Source: Erysipelothrix sp.
Lineage (GTDB): Bacteria; Bacillota_I; Bacilli_A; Erysipelotrichales; Erysipelotrichaceae
Length of the DNA stretch: 56,441 nucleotides
Assembly: GCA_012512805.1 (NCBI GenBank)
Contig: JAAZDN010000075.1
Span: 1 to 56,441, forward strand
Direction of reading: 5' to 3'
Part shown: piece after piece, positions 1-10,581 of the stretch
Numbering within the stretch: the stretch's first letter is position 1
How the letters are laid out: each line of letters starts with the position of its first letter
The notes under the pieces: model-generated
Told to the model about the DNA's origin: nothing
What the model saw: the letters and a program-made list of their open reading frames with translations, nothing else
The model's database searches: none
Translations under genes and position numbers: made by a program

Positions 1-717
1 AGTAATATGTGTAACATTTTCATTTTTATTTGCTGCAGCAAGTTGTTCATAGTTATAAACAGTTGCAGTTTTTAAGAATAGATATGTTTGAGTACCATCT
101 TTTACATCTTCTTTTACTACAAATTGAACATTGTTATTTCCTTTTACAACGGTATCCCATTTTCCAGCATTTTCTACCCAAATAGTAGGTGCATTTTCAT
201 GTTCAGTTGAATTTACTAAGGTACCTTCAATAGTTAAATTAAGGTAATCGGATGGATTTTTACCATGTGATACTTCAATTCCACCAAATTCATTGCCTGA
301 TACATCAACAACACCTTTTAAAGTTACTTCTGATGAATTGACAAGCAGTCCAGCATCTCCACCGGTTAATTTAATATCTTTTAAGACAACATCTTTAGTT
401 TTGAATGCTTGAATAATATAATCGCTTTCCCATCCAACTGTATGTGGTGCTGAGAGTGTATGTCCAGCTCCATCAATTGTAAGGGGGCGAGTAATAAGTA
501 GGACATATCTTTCTTTGCTGTTTACTGTTGCTTTTTCAAGTTCAATATCTTTAGCCAAGGTAATATGTGTAACAGTATCATTATCTACAGCTGCCTTTAG
601 TTCAGCGTAGTTTGAAACTGTCTCTGCAGATCCTTCAGCATTTACCTGTACCGATGGTAGTGAGGTAAGTGCTAAAGCAAGGGCAAGTAAAAAAGTAATT
701 CTAAGTTTTTTAATCAT
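1..717 (-). CDS. Secreted or surface protein with a signal peptide and an internally repeated module; 3' part cut by the window edge
   Basis: ATG at 717-715 on the minus strand, preceded by a GGAGGAGG SD (complement of 723-730). Translation starts MIKKLRITFLLALALALTSLPSVQVNA/EGSAE, a Sec-type signal. The motif NY(A/E)(E/Q)L.AA...VTHIT occurs twice. The frame stays open to base 1. It is absent from the ORF track because no stop lies in the window. Confidence 0.6.
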   Translation of the reverse strand, partial: MIKKLRITFLLALALALTSLPSVQVNAEGSAETVSNYAELKAAVDNDTVTHITLAKDIELEKATVNSKERYVLLITRPLTIDGAGHTLSAPHTVGWESDYIIQAFKTKDVVLKDIKLTGGDAGLLVNSSEVTLKGVVDVSGNEFGGIEVSHGKNPSDYLNLTIEGTLVNSTEHENAPTIWVENAGKWDTVVKGNNNVQFVVKEDVKDGTQTYLFLKTATVYNYEQLAAANKNENVTHIT

Positions 718-891
718 AAAATCCTCCTCCAGACTCATGGTCGTCTTTAAAACACCATAAATAAATATATATTTCAAATCAATTTTATGTAAAGTTTATT
801 TTGTGGAAACGATGAGTGTAGTTTTAGCGGAAGTGCTTACAATTTGGTTATTATACGTTGTTTATATTAGTCTCAAAGTTCATGTGAATAT

Positions 892-917
892 AAAAAACGC
901 CATCAATGTGATGGCGC
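892..917 (-). terminator. Intrinsic terminator downstream of pncB
   Basis: Hairpin CGCCATCA/TGATGGCG (898-916) followed by a U-run on the minus strand (A-run 892-897 on plus). Confidence 0.7.
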
Positions 918-941
918 TAAGTGTTTTCAAGTTATAGATTA

Positions 942-2390
942 TTATCGATTTTTACCTTGTGCTCTTTTTTCTTCGACGAGTTGATTTTTTAAATCAAATA
1001 ATTCTTGTGATAGGTCAACGTAGTATTTATGTGGTTTACGTAAACGGGTGACTTCGTCCCATAGTGTTTCCATTTGTTCTTTATGATACTTGCGAACATC
1101 ATCGAGTGATGGAATCTCATATACTAATTTTCCGTTTGTAAAGATGGGTACTTGTAGTTCTTCAATGGTGTAATTTTGAAGAAGTTTACGTTTCCAAGGT
1201 TCAGTTGGACTGAAGATTTCATATTCGTGTGGATCAATCGTTTCATTGTGTAGGGCGATTAAATCTGCCATTGCCTTATGTGTATTTTTATCATAGAAAC
1301 GATAGAGTCGTTTAAATCCTGGGTTAGTTACTTTCTCAATGGTTTCACTAAGCTTAATCGTTGGGATGACATTATTATTTTTATCCATTAGTGCTACAAC
1401 TTTATAGACACCGCCCATAACGGGATGGGATTTAGATGTAATTAAGCGTTCACCAACACCAAAGGTATCAATTGGTGCTTCTTGAAGGAGTAAATCAGTA
1501 ATGGTATGCTCATCTAAAGAGTTACTCACTACGATTTGAGTATCGTGCATACCAGCAGCATCAAGTTGTTTTCTCGCTTGTTTTGAGAGGTAGGCTAAGT
1601 CTCCACTGTCTAAACGAATTGCTTTTAGTTTATAACCATGTGGAATTAAATAATCTTGGGCTACTTTGATGGCATTGGGTACACCTGATTTTAAGGTATT
1701 GTACGTATCAACTAAAAAGACACTATTGTTTGGATGAATTTGGGCAAAGTCCATAAAGGCATCGTATTCTGATTCATACATTTGAATAAAACTATGGGCC
1801 ATTGTTCCCATTACAGGTACTCCATATTTAAGTCCTGCTTCAGTACAGGCAGTACCCGCAAATCCTGCGATGTAGGCAGCACGTGCACCTTCTACAGAGG
1901 CATCATGCCCGTGAGCTCTACGTGTTCCAAATTCAAGGTAATTACGCTCTGGATCAACTTGAACCATGCGTGAGGCCTTCGTTGCTACAAGAGATGAATA
2001 ATTAATCGCTTGTAGAATGAAAGATTCAATAAGTTGTGCTTCAACTAAACTTCCAATAACAGTAAAAACAGGCTCATTTGCAAAGACAGGTGTTCCTTCT
2101 TTAATCGAGTAGATGCTTAATTTTAATTTTAGATGACGAAGATAATCAATAAAGTCATCGTCAAAGTTTCCAGTTTCTTGTAAGTATTTTAATTGTGCTT
2201 CATTAATGTGGTAATTATTAATGTAGTCAATGATTTTATGAAGACCATTAAAGATATAATAGCCGCCCTCATCGGGAATGGTCCTAACAAAAACGTCATA
2301 ATATCCAACGTCATTATGTTTGCCTTTCTTGTATAAAGCATAGACCATTGAAAATTCATAATAGTCGGTAATTAATTCTAATGATTGCAT
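942..2390 (-). CDS. pncB: Nicotinate phosphoribosyltransferase
   Basis: 482 aa of typical length. It has family-typical stretches (GTRRAHG, GTMAHSFIQ, LDSGDL). Confidence 0.9.
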   Translation of the reverse strand: MQSLELITDYYEFSMVYALYKKGKHNDVGYYDVFVRTIPDEGGYYIFNGLHKIIDYINNYHINEAQLKYLQETGNFDDDFIDYLRHLKLKLSIYSIKEGTPVFANEPVFTVIGSLVEAQLIESFILQAINYSSLVATKASRMVQVDPERNYLEFGTRRAHGHDASVEGARAAYIAGFAGTACTEAGLKYGVPVMGTMAHSFIQMYESEYDAFMDFAQIHPNNSVFLVDTYNTLKSGVPNAIKVAQDYLIPHGYKLKAIRLDSGDLAYLSKQARKQLDAAGMHDTQIVVSNSLDEHTITDLLLQEAPIDTFGVGERLITSKSHPVMGGVYKVVALMDKNNNVIPTIKLSETIEKVTNPGFKRLYRFYDKNTHKAMADLIALHNETIDPHEYEIFSPTEPWKRKLLQNYTIEELQVPIFTNGKLVYEIPSLDDVRKYHKEQMETLWDEVTRLRKPHKYYVDLSQELFDLKNQLVEEKRAQGKNR

Positions 2391-2488
2391 TCAATTCACT
2401 TCCTTAGTGGTATTATACAACATGCGCTCTTAGTAAGACAATCTAAATAATATAAGGTATAATATGCAAATAGGAAGTTGGGAATAAT

Positions 2489-3712
2489 GTGAGTAATATA
2501 AATATAATTAAAGAAGAGAAGTTTAAAGATATTTTAATTAGTTTGCGTTTCGCAAGTAAAACGCCAGTTAATCGAAGTGCACGGGCAATATTATCAATAA
2601 TGTTAAGTGATCGAACTGCGAAGTATGATAGTAAGGTAAAGATGAATGAGAAATTGGACCATATGTTTGGAGCGACACTTGCTTCATCCATTTTTAGTTA
2701 TGGCTACAGTAATGTTATTGATCTCTCATCAAGTACCTTAAGTCAACGTTTTGTAAGTGATGATTTATTGGAAGATCATATTGAATTTTTAAGTGAGGTC
2801 GTCTATGCTCCTTTATTAAATGAAGCCGTCTTTAAGGAAGCTAAAATTATGCTCAGTGATATTATAGAACGTGAGAAGGATAACATTGGATCTTATGTCA
2901 TTAATCAAGCTTTAAAAGTCGCAGGAAAGAACTATCCCTTAGAAAATAGTCGATATGGAAGTTTAGAACAACTTAAAAGTTTGACATTGGATGAGGTAAA
3001 AGCAGCGTATGAAGCAATGTTAAATGATGATAGTTTAACAATTATGGTCGTTGGAGATGTTGATGAAGTACATTTTAAATCATTATTTCAAAGCTACTTT
3101 AAAGAGCATACAAGCAAAGAATTTAAGAGCAATTATTTATTAAAGAGTGATGAAGTGAGTGTTGTAGAAAAAACAATGCACGTACCATCGCCAAACTTTG
3201 CACTAATATATAATACACACGTTTTAAATGTAGGTCGTGAGTATTGGGCACTACAGTTAATGAGTATGGTATTGGGACAGCTTCCCAATAGTTATTTATT
3301 CCAAGAGGTTCGTGAAAAGCGCAGTTTAACGTATTCAATCCGCTCAATGGTCGGTGGATACGACGGTATTTTACTCATTTCATCAGGAGTACGCGATGGA
3401 AGTATGGATGAAGCTATTAAGATATCACAAGAACAAATTGCACGTATTCAAGCACATGATGTCAATGAGGTCTTATTTAAGTCAGCTCAAGCCATGTTAA
3501 TTAATAACATGTATCAAGTAGAAGACAGTAATCGTCGGCTTGTAGATCGCAAATATCGAGAAATAATCTTAGATGAAAACTATTCAACAGAAGAACTTAT
3601 TCATCTTGTCAGTACGATTACAATTGATGAAATTGTAGCGGTCGCAAATAAACTTGAATTAAATACAATATATAAAATTAATAAAGGGGGCGATGATGTT
3701 GAAAACATATAA
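2489..3712 (+). CDS. M16-family peptidase-like protein, non-catalytic partner (no HxxEH)
   Basis: 407 aa with a GTG start. It overlaps the next M16 gene by 20 nt, giving a paired arrangement. No zinc-binding HxxEH is visible. Confidence 0.7.
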   Translation: MSNINIIKEEKFKDILISLRFASKTPVNRSARAILSIMLSDRTAKYDSKVKMNEKLDHMFGATLASSIFSYGYSNVIDLSSSTLSQRFVSDDLLEDHIEFLSEVVYAPLLNEAVFKEAKIMLSDIIEREKDNIGSYVINQALKVAGKNYPLENSRYGSLEQLKSLTLDEVKAAYEAMLNDDSLTIMVVGDVDEVHFKSLFQSYFKEHTSKEFKSNYLLKSDEVSVVEKTMHVPSPNFALIYNTHVLNVGREYWALQLMSMVLGQLPNSYLFQEVREKRSLTYSIRSMVGGYDGILLISSGVRDGSMDEAIKISQEQIARIQAHDVNEVLFKSAQAMLINNMYQVEDSNRRLVDRKYREIILDENYSTEELIHLVSTITIDEIVAVANKLELNTIYKINKGGDDVENI

Positions 3713-4976
3713 TAAGCAGTTTAATGAAACATACTATACCAAAAAATTAGACAATGGCTTAACAGTAATACTATTTGAAAAAGCAAACTATCATAGTAAT
3801 TTCTTTACCTTAATTACGCCCTATGGATCAAATGATTTTCAACAAGTTGATGCTTTAGGAAATGCCATTCATTTACCACCAGGAGTAGCACACTTTTTAG
3901 AACACCGTATGTTTGATTATGCTGGTATTGATGTGATGGAACGCTTTAGTGAACTTGGAAGTTCGTCGAATGCGTCCACCGGTTATGATCAAACGCAATA
4001 TTATTTCAGTACAACAAGTGATGATTTTAAAGAATCTTTAGAACTACTCATTAATTTTGTCTTCAATTTAAAAATACCAGAAGCAACGGTAGAAAAAGAA
4101 AAGGGAATTATTATTGAAGAATTGAACATGTATGATGGAATGGCAGACTTTAAACTCTACTTTGGACTTATTAAAAACTTATACCATCATCTACCTTATA
4201 CTCAAGAAATTGGTGGAAGTATTGAAAGTGTGAGTAATACAACATTACAACAATTAGAAACGGCTTATAAGTACAATTATCATCCAGAACAAATGTTCTT
4301 AGTTGGAGCAACGAACAATAATATTGAAGAAACCTTTGCCTTCATTGAATCAACAATGTCTGAGTTTACTTTTGCACCGTATATGAAGATGAGTCGCGAC
4401 TATGCAGAAGAGCCACTACACGTACGTATTGCTGAAGAAAGTGTTGTCATGGACATTAATTCACAGAAGGTAGCACTGGGATACAAATTTAAGCATGGTA
4501 TTAGTGATGTCCTTGAAATCGATAAGATGGAAATATTATTTGATATCTATTTTGACTTATTGTTCTCAGCAGTGAATGAAAACTATCAAACGTGGTTAGA
4601 TCAACAATTGATCAACGACTATTTTGATGTTGAAGTAAGCTTAGATAAAGACTTTGGACATCTGATTATAAGTGGTGAACATGATGATTTAGATCGTTTT
4701 AAAGAATTTGTCGAAGATATATTAAACAATGATGAGCAGTACTTAATACCAGATAAATTTGAACAATTAAAAAAGAAATTTATTGGACGTGCGATTATGG
4801 CACTAGAGCAGCCGGCAACAATTGCCCAAGTATATGGTCGTAATATTGCGAATGGAGTTGATGTTTTCACAAGTATTGAACAGCTTCAAGACTTAAGTTT
4901 AGATGATTTAAAGGCACTCATTGAGCGCATTAACTTAGTCGACAATAGTGCAACATATACGATAATCCCTCGTTAG
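3693..4976 (+). CDS. M16-family zinc peptidase (insulinase-like)
   Basis: 427 aa with the inverted zinc motif HFLEH (in VAHFLEHRMF). SD AAAGGGGG lies upstream. Confidence 0.8.
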   Translation: MMLKTYNKQFNETYYTKKLDNGLTVILFEKANYHSNFFTLITPYGSNDFQQVDALGNAIHLPPGVAHFLEHRMFDYAGIDVMERFSELGSSSNASTGYDQTQYYFSTTSDDFKESLELLINFVFNLKIPEATVEKEKGIIIEELNMYDGMADFKLYFGLIKNLYHHLPYTQEIGGSIESVSNTTLQQLETAYKYNYHPEQMFLVGATNNNIEETFAFIESTMSEFTFAPYMKMSRDYAEEPLHVRIAEESVVMDINSQKVALGYKFKHGISDVLEIDKMEILFDIYFDLLFSAVNENYQTWLDQQLINDYFDVEVSLDKDFGHLIISGEHDDLDRFKEFVEDILNNDEQYLIPDKFEQLKKKFIGRAIMALEQPATIAQVYGRNIANGVDVFTSIEQLQDLSLDDLKALIERINLVDNSATYTIIPR

Positions 4977-5051
4977 TCTCAAGTTTGGCCAAAACACTAG
5001 GTAGTTTCTCTTTCTTATGATACGATTTTTTCATTAGAAAGAGGAGAGACT

Positions 5052-5321
5052 ATGTCAAATAAATATTACATGTTAGGAAAGTTTAAAGCATTAAAAGAAT
5101 CAGAATTAACGTTAGATGTAAGACGTAATTTTCGTGATCATGATGGAGGCTATACACATCATCTCATTAATATTACTGTCGGTGTAGGTGTATCTGAAAT
5201 ACTGATGAGTTCATTAGAAAAAAATGAAATCATACATGTACAGGGACGTATTGAGTTGTGTGAAAATTCCAACCTCAGATTAATAGCAGAACACGTTACA
5301 AAAATTGCATCTCTCAGTTAA
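5052..5321 (+). CDS. Small hypothetical protein, possibly an SSB-like OB fold
   Basis: 89 aa with a GAGGAG SD. The pattern LGKF...L.V.R.FR...G.Y...I.I.V...SE....L.KN..I.V.GRIE loosely resembles the OB core of SSB. This is a weak call. Confidence 0.35.
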   Translation: MSNKYYMLGKFKALKESELTLDVRRNFRDHDGGYTHHLINITVGVGVSEILMSSLEKNEIIHVQGRIELCENSNLRLIAEHVTKIASLS

Positions 5322-5360
5322 TAGCAGTTTTATGTTATACTAAAAAGAGGGGTGATCTTT

Positions 5361-6233
5361 GTGAAACAATACATAGATTTAATTAATACAATTATGGAAA
5401 ATGGGGAAGATCGTTTGGATCGTACGGGTGTTGGAACACGTTCCGTCTTTGGATATCAATCACGATATAATTTACTCGATGGATTCCCATTACTTACGAC
5501 AAAAAAAGTGCATATGCGCTCAATTGTTGAAGAGTTACTTTGGTTTATATCAGGCTCAACGAATATTCGTCCGCTTGTTTTAAAAAATGTAAAAATTTGG
5601 AACGACTGGCCCTATGATATTTTCAAGAAATCAGCAGACTACAATAATGAAAGTTTGGATGAATTTGTTGAAAAGATTAAGGATGATGAAGCCTTCGCAG
5701 TCAAGCATGGTAATTTAGGACCGGTATATGGAAAACAGTGGCGTGATTTTAATGGGGTTGATCAAATTGAGACGCTCATTGATTCACTCGTCAACAATCC
5801 ATTCTCACGTCGTCACATTATTAGTGCTTGGAATCCAGCAGAGGTTGATAATATGGCCTTACCACCATGTCATGCCTTTATGCAATTTTATGTTTCAGCT
5901 GACAAAAAATACTTATCGTGCCAACTGTATCAACGCAGTGCCGATGTATTCTTAGGTGTACCCTTTAATATTGCATCGTATGCGCTATTGTTGGCAATGA
6001 TTGCACAGGTTACAGGCTATGAAGCAAAAGAATTTGTCCATACCTTAGGTGACGCACACATTTATAGTAATCATTTTGAACAAGTAAAACTTCAAGCAAG
6101 TCGAGAACCTTTACCACTTTCAACCTTAAAACTAAATCCAAATATTAAGAGCATCTATGACTTTACAATGGATGATATAAAGGTTGAAGATTATACGTCA
6201 CATCCAGGCATCAAAGGAGCCATAGCTGTTTAA
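5361..6233 (+). CDS. thyA: Thymidylate synthase (ThyA type)
   Basis: Contains RTGVGT, the catalytic LPPCH region and [21 protein letters not shown] prefer the GTG at 5361 (9 nt after SD AGAGGGG) over the track start at 5352. Confidence 0.92.
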   Translation: MKQYIDLINTIMENGEDRLDRTGVGTRSVFGYQSRYNLLDGFPLLTTKKVHMRSIVEELLWFISGSTNIRPLVLKNVKIWNDWPYDIFKKSADYNNESLDEFVEKIKDDEAFAVKHGNLGPVYGKQWRDFNGVDQIETLIDSLVNNPFSRRHIISAWNPAEVDNMALPPCHAFMQFYVSADKKYLSCQLYQRSADVFLGVPFNIASYALLLAMIAQVTGYEAKEFVHTLGDAHIYSNHFEQVKLQASREPLPLSTLKLNPNIKSIYDFTMDDIKVEDYTSHPGIKGAIAV

Positions 6234-6697
6234 TGTTTAAGTTAATTGTAGCATTTGATAAAGAGAAAACAATTGGTTATAACGGATGGATGCCGTGGGA
6301 TATAACTGATGATTTACTTCATTTTAAGGAAACAACACTCAATTCAAATATTATTATGGGATCAACAACATTTAATGGACTCCCAGGTCCACTACCAAAA
6401 CGTACGACCTATGTTTTATCATCTAAGCCGGTCGTTGAATCCGATCAATTAAAATGGATTGGAAATCTTGATGACTTTATTCAACAACATCAAAATAGTG
6501 ATGAAATATTCTATGTATGTGGTGGGGCACAAGTATATAAACAATTTTTACCTTATGTTAATGAAATGATTGTCTCACTTGTACATGGTGATTGGCCAAG
6601 TGATACGAAGTTTCCAGACTTTAAGGATGAAGTGTTTACGATTACAACCTTAAAAGAGTATCCTGACTTCACTGTAAAATCATACAAGCGTAAATAA
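6233..6697 (+). CDS. folA: Dihydrofolate reductase
   Basis: 154 aa, coupled to thyA by a TAATG overlap. The thyA-folA pairing is classical. Confidence 0.8.
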   Translation: MFKLIVAFDKEKTIGYNGWMPWDITDDLLHFKETTLNSNIIMGSTTFNGLPGPLPKRTTYVLSSKPVVESDQLKWIGNLDDFIQQHQNSDEIFYVCGGAQVYKQFLPYVNEMIVSLVHGDWPSDTKFPDFKDEVFTITTLKEYPDFTVKSYKRK

Positions 6698-6848
6698 TTA
6701 AATTGAAATCAACATCTGTTGGTTTCTTTTTTTATTGGAAGGTGCCATCTGTCACTTAAAAGATGAAATTACACGTTGAGGCGAAAAATGTAAGGGTGTG
6801 TATGTTATAATTAAGCAGTAGAGAAAACAATAATGGAGGAGATTTTTT

Positions 6849-8147
6849 ATGCGTTTTGTGGATATTATAGAAAAGAAAAAGAATGGTGAATCATTAAGTA
6901 CAGAAGAGATCAATTTTTGGATTGATGGCTTAATGGACAAATCTGTAAAAGATTATCAAACAACAGCCTTACTCATGGCCATAGTTTTAAAAGGGATGGA
7001 TACTCGTGAGACATCTGATCTAACAATGGCAATGTTAAATAGTGGATCAATTATTGATCTGTCATCCATTGAAGGGATTAAAGTAGATAAACATTCAACA
7101 GGTGGAGTCGGTGATAAATCAACAATGGTCTTATCACCAATGGCCGCAGCCAATCATGCAAAGGTTGCGAAAATGTCAGGACGAGGATTAGGACATACAG
7201 GCGGTACGCTTGATAAGTTAGAATCTATTCCAGGATATAACGTATTTTTAACACGTGAACAATTTATTGATCAAGTCAACAATATTGGTATTGCCTTACT
7301 TGGACAAACAGGTGAAAGTGTACCTGCTGATAAGACTATTTATGCCCTACGCGATGTTACCGCAACGGTTGATGCAATGCCATTAATTGCTGCAAGTATT
7401 ATGTCTAAGAAATTAGCATCAGGATCAGATACGATCTTACTTGATGTTAAATACGGTGATGGTGCCTTTATGGAAACAAAAGAAAAGGCGATTGAACTCG
7501 CTACAATAATGATCAACATTGGAGAGCATTTAAATAAGAATGTTCGAGCAATGATTACAAATATGAACGAACCGCTCGGCAATGCAATTGGAAACAGCTT
7601 AGAAATAATTGAGTCCATTGAAACGCTGAAAGGAAAGGGTCCAGCGGATCTTTATGAACTATGTAGTGAAAGTGCCGCAATCATGTTAACGCAGGCAGGG
7701 CTCAGTGAAAATGTTGAGGAAGGTTTAAAACAAATAGCACAATCAATTGAAGATGGTAGTGCCCTAAATAAACTTCGTGAACTTATTGATGCACAAGGTG
7801 GAGACAGTCGTGTTGTCGATGATTATTCAGTGTTTACTCCTGCGAAATATGTCACAACATTGAAATCACCACAAAGTGGATACATCAAAACAATTCATGC
7901 TTCAAATCTTGGAAAACTTGCAATGGAACTTGGAGCAGGACGTGCTACAGCTGAAGACAGTATTAATTTTGCGGTTGGACTTGTCCTTGATGGAAAAATT
8001 AGTGACTACCGAAGTACCCAAGATAATTTAATAACTGTGTATCATGATGCACCTTTAACTGACAATTGGCTAAATAAACTGTATAATAGTTATGAGTTTG
8101 ATTTAAACCCAGTTGAAAAAGCACCAATTATTCATACTGTCCTTTAA
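6849..8147 (+). CDS. pdp: Pyrimidine-nucleoside phosphorylase
   Basis: 432 aa with the DKHSTGGVGDK motif and typical length. Confidence 0.9.
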   Translation: MRFVDIIEKKKNGESLSTEEINFWIDGLMDKSVKDYQTTALLMAIVLKGMDTRETSDLTMAMLNSGSIIDLSSIEGIKVDKHSTGGVGDKSTMVLSPMAAANHAKVAKMSGRGLGHTGGTLDKLESIPGYNVFLTREQFIDQVNNIGIALLGQTGESVPADKTIYALRDVTATVDAMPLIAASIMSKKLASGSDTILLDVKYGDGAFMETKEKAIELATIMINIGEHLNKNVRAMITNMNEPLGNAIGNSLEIIESIETLKGKGPADLYELCSESAAIMLTQAGLSENVEEGLKQIAQSIEDGSALNKLRELIDAQGGDSRVVDDYSVFTPAKYVTTLKSPQSGYIKTIHASNLGKLAMELGAGRATAEDSINFAVGLVLDGKISDYRSTQDNLITVYHDAPLTDNWLNKLYNSYEFDLNPVEKAPIIHTVL

Positions 8148-8176
8148 TCAAACACAGTGAGAGGGGATTTGATGAC

Positions 8177-8902
8177 ATGAAATTTGAAGTAGAAATCGAT
8201 GAATTTGAAGGACCACTTGATTTAATGTTGCATCTCATCTCAAAACAAGAACTAGATTTATTTGATCTGGATATTGTAGAATTAACGAACCAATATATTA
8301 CGTATATTAATAAAGCAATTACGATTCAACTGGAAGTTGCGAGTGAGTATTTAACGATGCTTGCAACGCTCATTGAATATAAAAGTCGTAAACTATTACC
8401 AAAAGAAGTCGAAAAAATGGAAGCAGACTACGAAGAAGACCCCCATGCGATCCTTGTGAAACGCTTGCTCGAGTATCAACAATTTAAAGATGCGAGTGAG
8501 AAGTTAGAGGCGCTATACATGGAGCGTTTAATGCAGTTTTCCACTTCGATGTCACCTATTGTTGAGCGTTTTGCTGAAGATGTAGAAACGCTACCTTTAG
8601 AAGGTGATGTCCTTGACTTATTTAAGGCGATGGAACGTGTCATGCAAAAAATAACGCTCGATAATCCTTTTCAATCACGCATCGCGACCAAAGAAATTAG
8701 TGTCGATGATCGGATTGTAGTGATTACCGAGCGCTTTAAAACGTTCAAGGACTCCTTTAGTTTTAGTGAGATAGTGAATGATTCTCAAGATATACATGTC
8801 TTTATTGTAAGTTTCTTAGCTATTTTGGATTTGATTCGATTAAATTTATTAACGTATGTGCTTGATGATCAAAATGAAATATGGGTAAGGTGGAGTGAAT
8901 AA
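8177..8902 (+). CDS. scpA: Segregation and condensation protein A (kleisin)
   Basis: 241 aa. The N-terminal FEGPLDLMLHLI motif is typical of ScpA, and scpB follows directly. Confidence 0.9.
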   Translation: MKFEVEIDEFEGPLDLMLHLISKQELDLFDLDIVELTNQYITYINKAITIQLEVASEYLTMLATLIEYKSRKLLPKEVEKMEADYEEDPHAILVKRLLEYQQFKDASEKLEALYMERLMQFSTSMSPIVERFAEDVETLPLEGDVLDLFKAMERVMQKITLDNPFQSRIATKEISVDDRIVVITERFKTFKDSFSFSEIVNDSQDIHVFIVSFLAILDLIRLNLLTYVLDDQNEIWVRWSE

Positions 8903-9444
8903 TGGAAGATAAACTAATACAAATATTAGAAGGCATTATTTTTGTCAACGGTGATGAAGGGATTGATAGCGATAGCCTCGTCAATCTTTTAGAAGTGGAT
9001 CGACAAAAGGTGTATGATGCACTTGAAGCACTAAGGCTACGTTATCAAGATGAAGCCTATGGTATTGAACTTGTTCACTACGGTGGGATGTTTAAATTTG
9101 TTTCAAAGGAAAGTGTATATCCATACATTCAAAAACTCTTTCAAGTAACAAAGAAAAACACCTTATCACCAGCTGCCTTAGAGACCTTAGCTATTATTGC
9201 CTATAAACAACCCATTACTCGGGTTGAAATTGAAGAAATTCGTGGTGTAGGAAGTGATGCGATGTTACGTCGCTTAAGTTTACGCAACTTAATTGAAGAA
9301 GTAGGACGAGCAGACAGTCCTGGGATGCCGATTTTATATGGGGTAACGAGTGAGTTCTTAGACATATTTAAACTATTAAGTATTGACGAACTTCCTGATT
9401 TACCAAACTATGATGGACAGATGGAGATGGATTTATATGAGTGA
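8902..9444 (+). CDS. scpB: Segregation and condensation protein B
   Basis: 180 aa with LETLAIIAYKQPITRVEIEEIRGV and a TAATG overlap with scpA. Confidence 0.9.
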   Translation: MEDKLIQILEGIIFVNGDEGIDSDSLVNLLEVDRQKVYDALEALRLRYQDEAYGIELVHYGGMFKFVSKESVYPYIQKLFQVTKKNTLSPAALETLAIIAYKQPITRVEIEEIRGVGSDAMLRRLSLRNLIEEVGRADSPGMPILYGVTSEFLDIFKLLSIDELPDLPNYDGQMEMDLYE

Positions 9445-10171
9445 TAAAATTAGATTACAAAAAGCAATTGCGGAAAGTGGATATTGTTCACGCCGTAAAG
9501 CTGAACAGTTAATGCTTGATAATAAGGTTAAAGTAAATGGAAATATTGTTAATGAATTAGGATTTAAGGTCGGACCTAAAGATCAAATCGAAGTGAATAA
9601 CATCTTACTTGAAAAAGAAGAGCATGTTTACTATTTGATTAACAAACCAAAACAAGTTTTAAGCAGTGTTAGTGATGATCGTGGTCGTGAAGTCATCGTA
9701 GATTACATCGATGAACAACGAAGAATATTCCCAGTTGGTCGTCTTGATTATGATACAACCGGACTTTTAATCTTAACGAATGATGGTGAATTTTCAAATG
9801 CAATGATTCATCCAAAGTTTGAAATGTCAAAAGTATATGATGTTGTCCTTGATAAAATTGTAACGGTCTCAATGATTAAGCAACTTGAATCAGGAATTGA
9901 ACTTGATGGATTTAAAACTATACCAACACGTGTGAAAATCCGTAACTATGATAAGAATAAGCAAATGACAAATTTAACGATTACGCTTCGTGAAGGACGC
10001 AATCGCCAAATTAAGCGAATGTTTGAAGCACTTGGTGTTACCGTAGTACGTTTACACCGTAAACAATTTGGATTCTTAACCTTAGATGGTTTAGATATTA
10101 ATGAATATCGCCGTTTAAAACCCTTTGAAGTGAAGAAATTAATGCAAGCTGCACAGGTAGGTGAGCGATAA
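9437..10171 (+). CDS. rluB: Pseudouridine synthase, RsuA/RluB family, with an S4 domain
   Basis: Contains RLQKAIAESGYCSRRKAE (S4) and the catalytic GRLDYDTTGLLILTNDG motif. The start is moved to ATG 9437 (MSDKIRLQ); the track start at 9383 adds an implausible leader that overlaps scpB. Confidence 0.88.
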   Translation: MSDKIRLQKAIAESGYCSRRKAEQLMLDNKVKVNGNIVNELGFKVGPKDQIEVNNILLEKEEHVYYLINKPKQVLSSVSDDRGREVIVDYIDEQRRIFPVGRLDYDTTGLLILTNDGEFSNAMIHPKFEMSKVYDVVLDKIVTVSMIKQLESGIELDGFKTIPTRVKIRNYDKNKQMTNLTITLREGRNRQIKRMFEALGVTVVRLHRKQFGFLTLDGLDINEYRRLKPFEVKKLMQAAQVGER

Positions 10172-10563
10172 TGTTAAATAAAATTAAGAACTATTTAAGA
10201 TACAGTTATGGCTTTGATCTCTTATCAAAACATCTTTATTCACTCGGACTCATATTTCTATTAACGGCAATTGTAACACGCATAAATATCTTTCGATTTG
10301 TTGCGGTATTTGTTCTGATCATAAGTATGATGAGAACACTATCACATAAGCGTCAAGCACGACTTCGTGAATTAGCATTGTATACGCGCATGATACGAAA
10401 CACAAAGGTCAAATTTAATATACTGAGATTGAATCTTTTTGATCGTCAGTATAAATATATTGCTTGTAAAACGTGTATGAAACAAATGCGAGTACCACGC
10501 AAACAAGGGAATATTGTGATAACATGTCCAAATTGTCAAAGTAAATACGAAACGCGTTCATAA
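10171..10563 (+). CDS. Membrane protein with a C-terminal CxxC...CxxC zinc ribbon (hypothetical)
   Basis: 130 aa with two hydrophobic helices, then CKTC...CPNC. It is coupled to rluB by a TAATG overlap. Confidence 0.5.
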   Translation: MLNKIKNYLRYSYGFDLLSKHLYSLGLIFLLTAIVTRINIFRFVAVFVLIISMMRTLSHKRQARLRELALYTRMIRNTKVKFNILRLNLFDRQYKYIACKTCMKQMRVPRKQGNIVITCPNCQSKYETRS

Positions 10564-10581
10564 TATTAAAGTAGGGATAAA

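Noticed and set aside
718-891. Roughly 170-nt untranslated region upstream of the secreted-protein gene, examined for a riboswitch.
   Set aside because: I could find no conserved riboswitch core or convincing terminator/antiterminator pair. It is probably just an AT-rich promoter and 5' UTR.
1782-1973. Short ORFs in the supplied track lying antisense or out of frame inside long conserved genes. Examples are 1782-1973, 2443-2691, 3123-3347, 4619-4870, 5401-5583, 6956-7153, 7340-7618, 12822-13073, 19972-20187, 24429-24731, 26912-27112, 32987-33517, 40964-41155, 46551-46769 and 55079-55288.
   Set aside because: Each is fully embedded in a gene with clear family motifs on the other strand or frame. 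They have no SD and show low-complexity or odd composition typical of shadow ORFs in AT-rich DNA.
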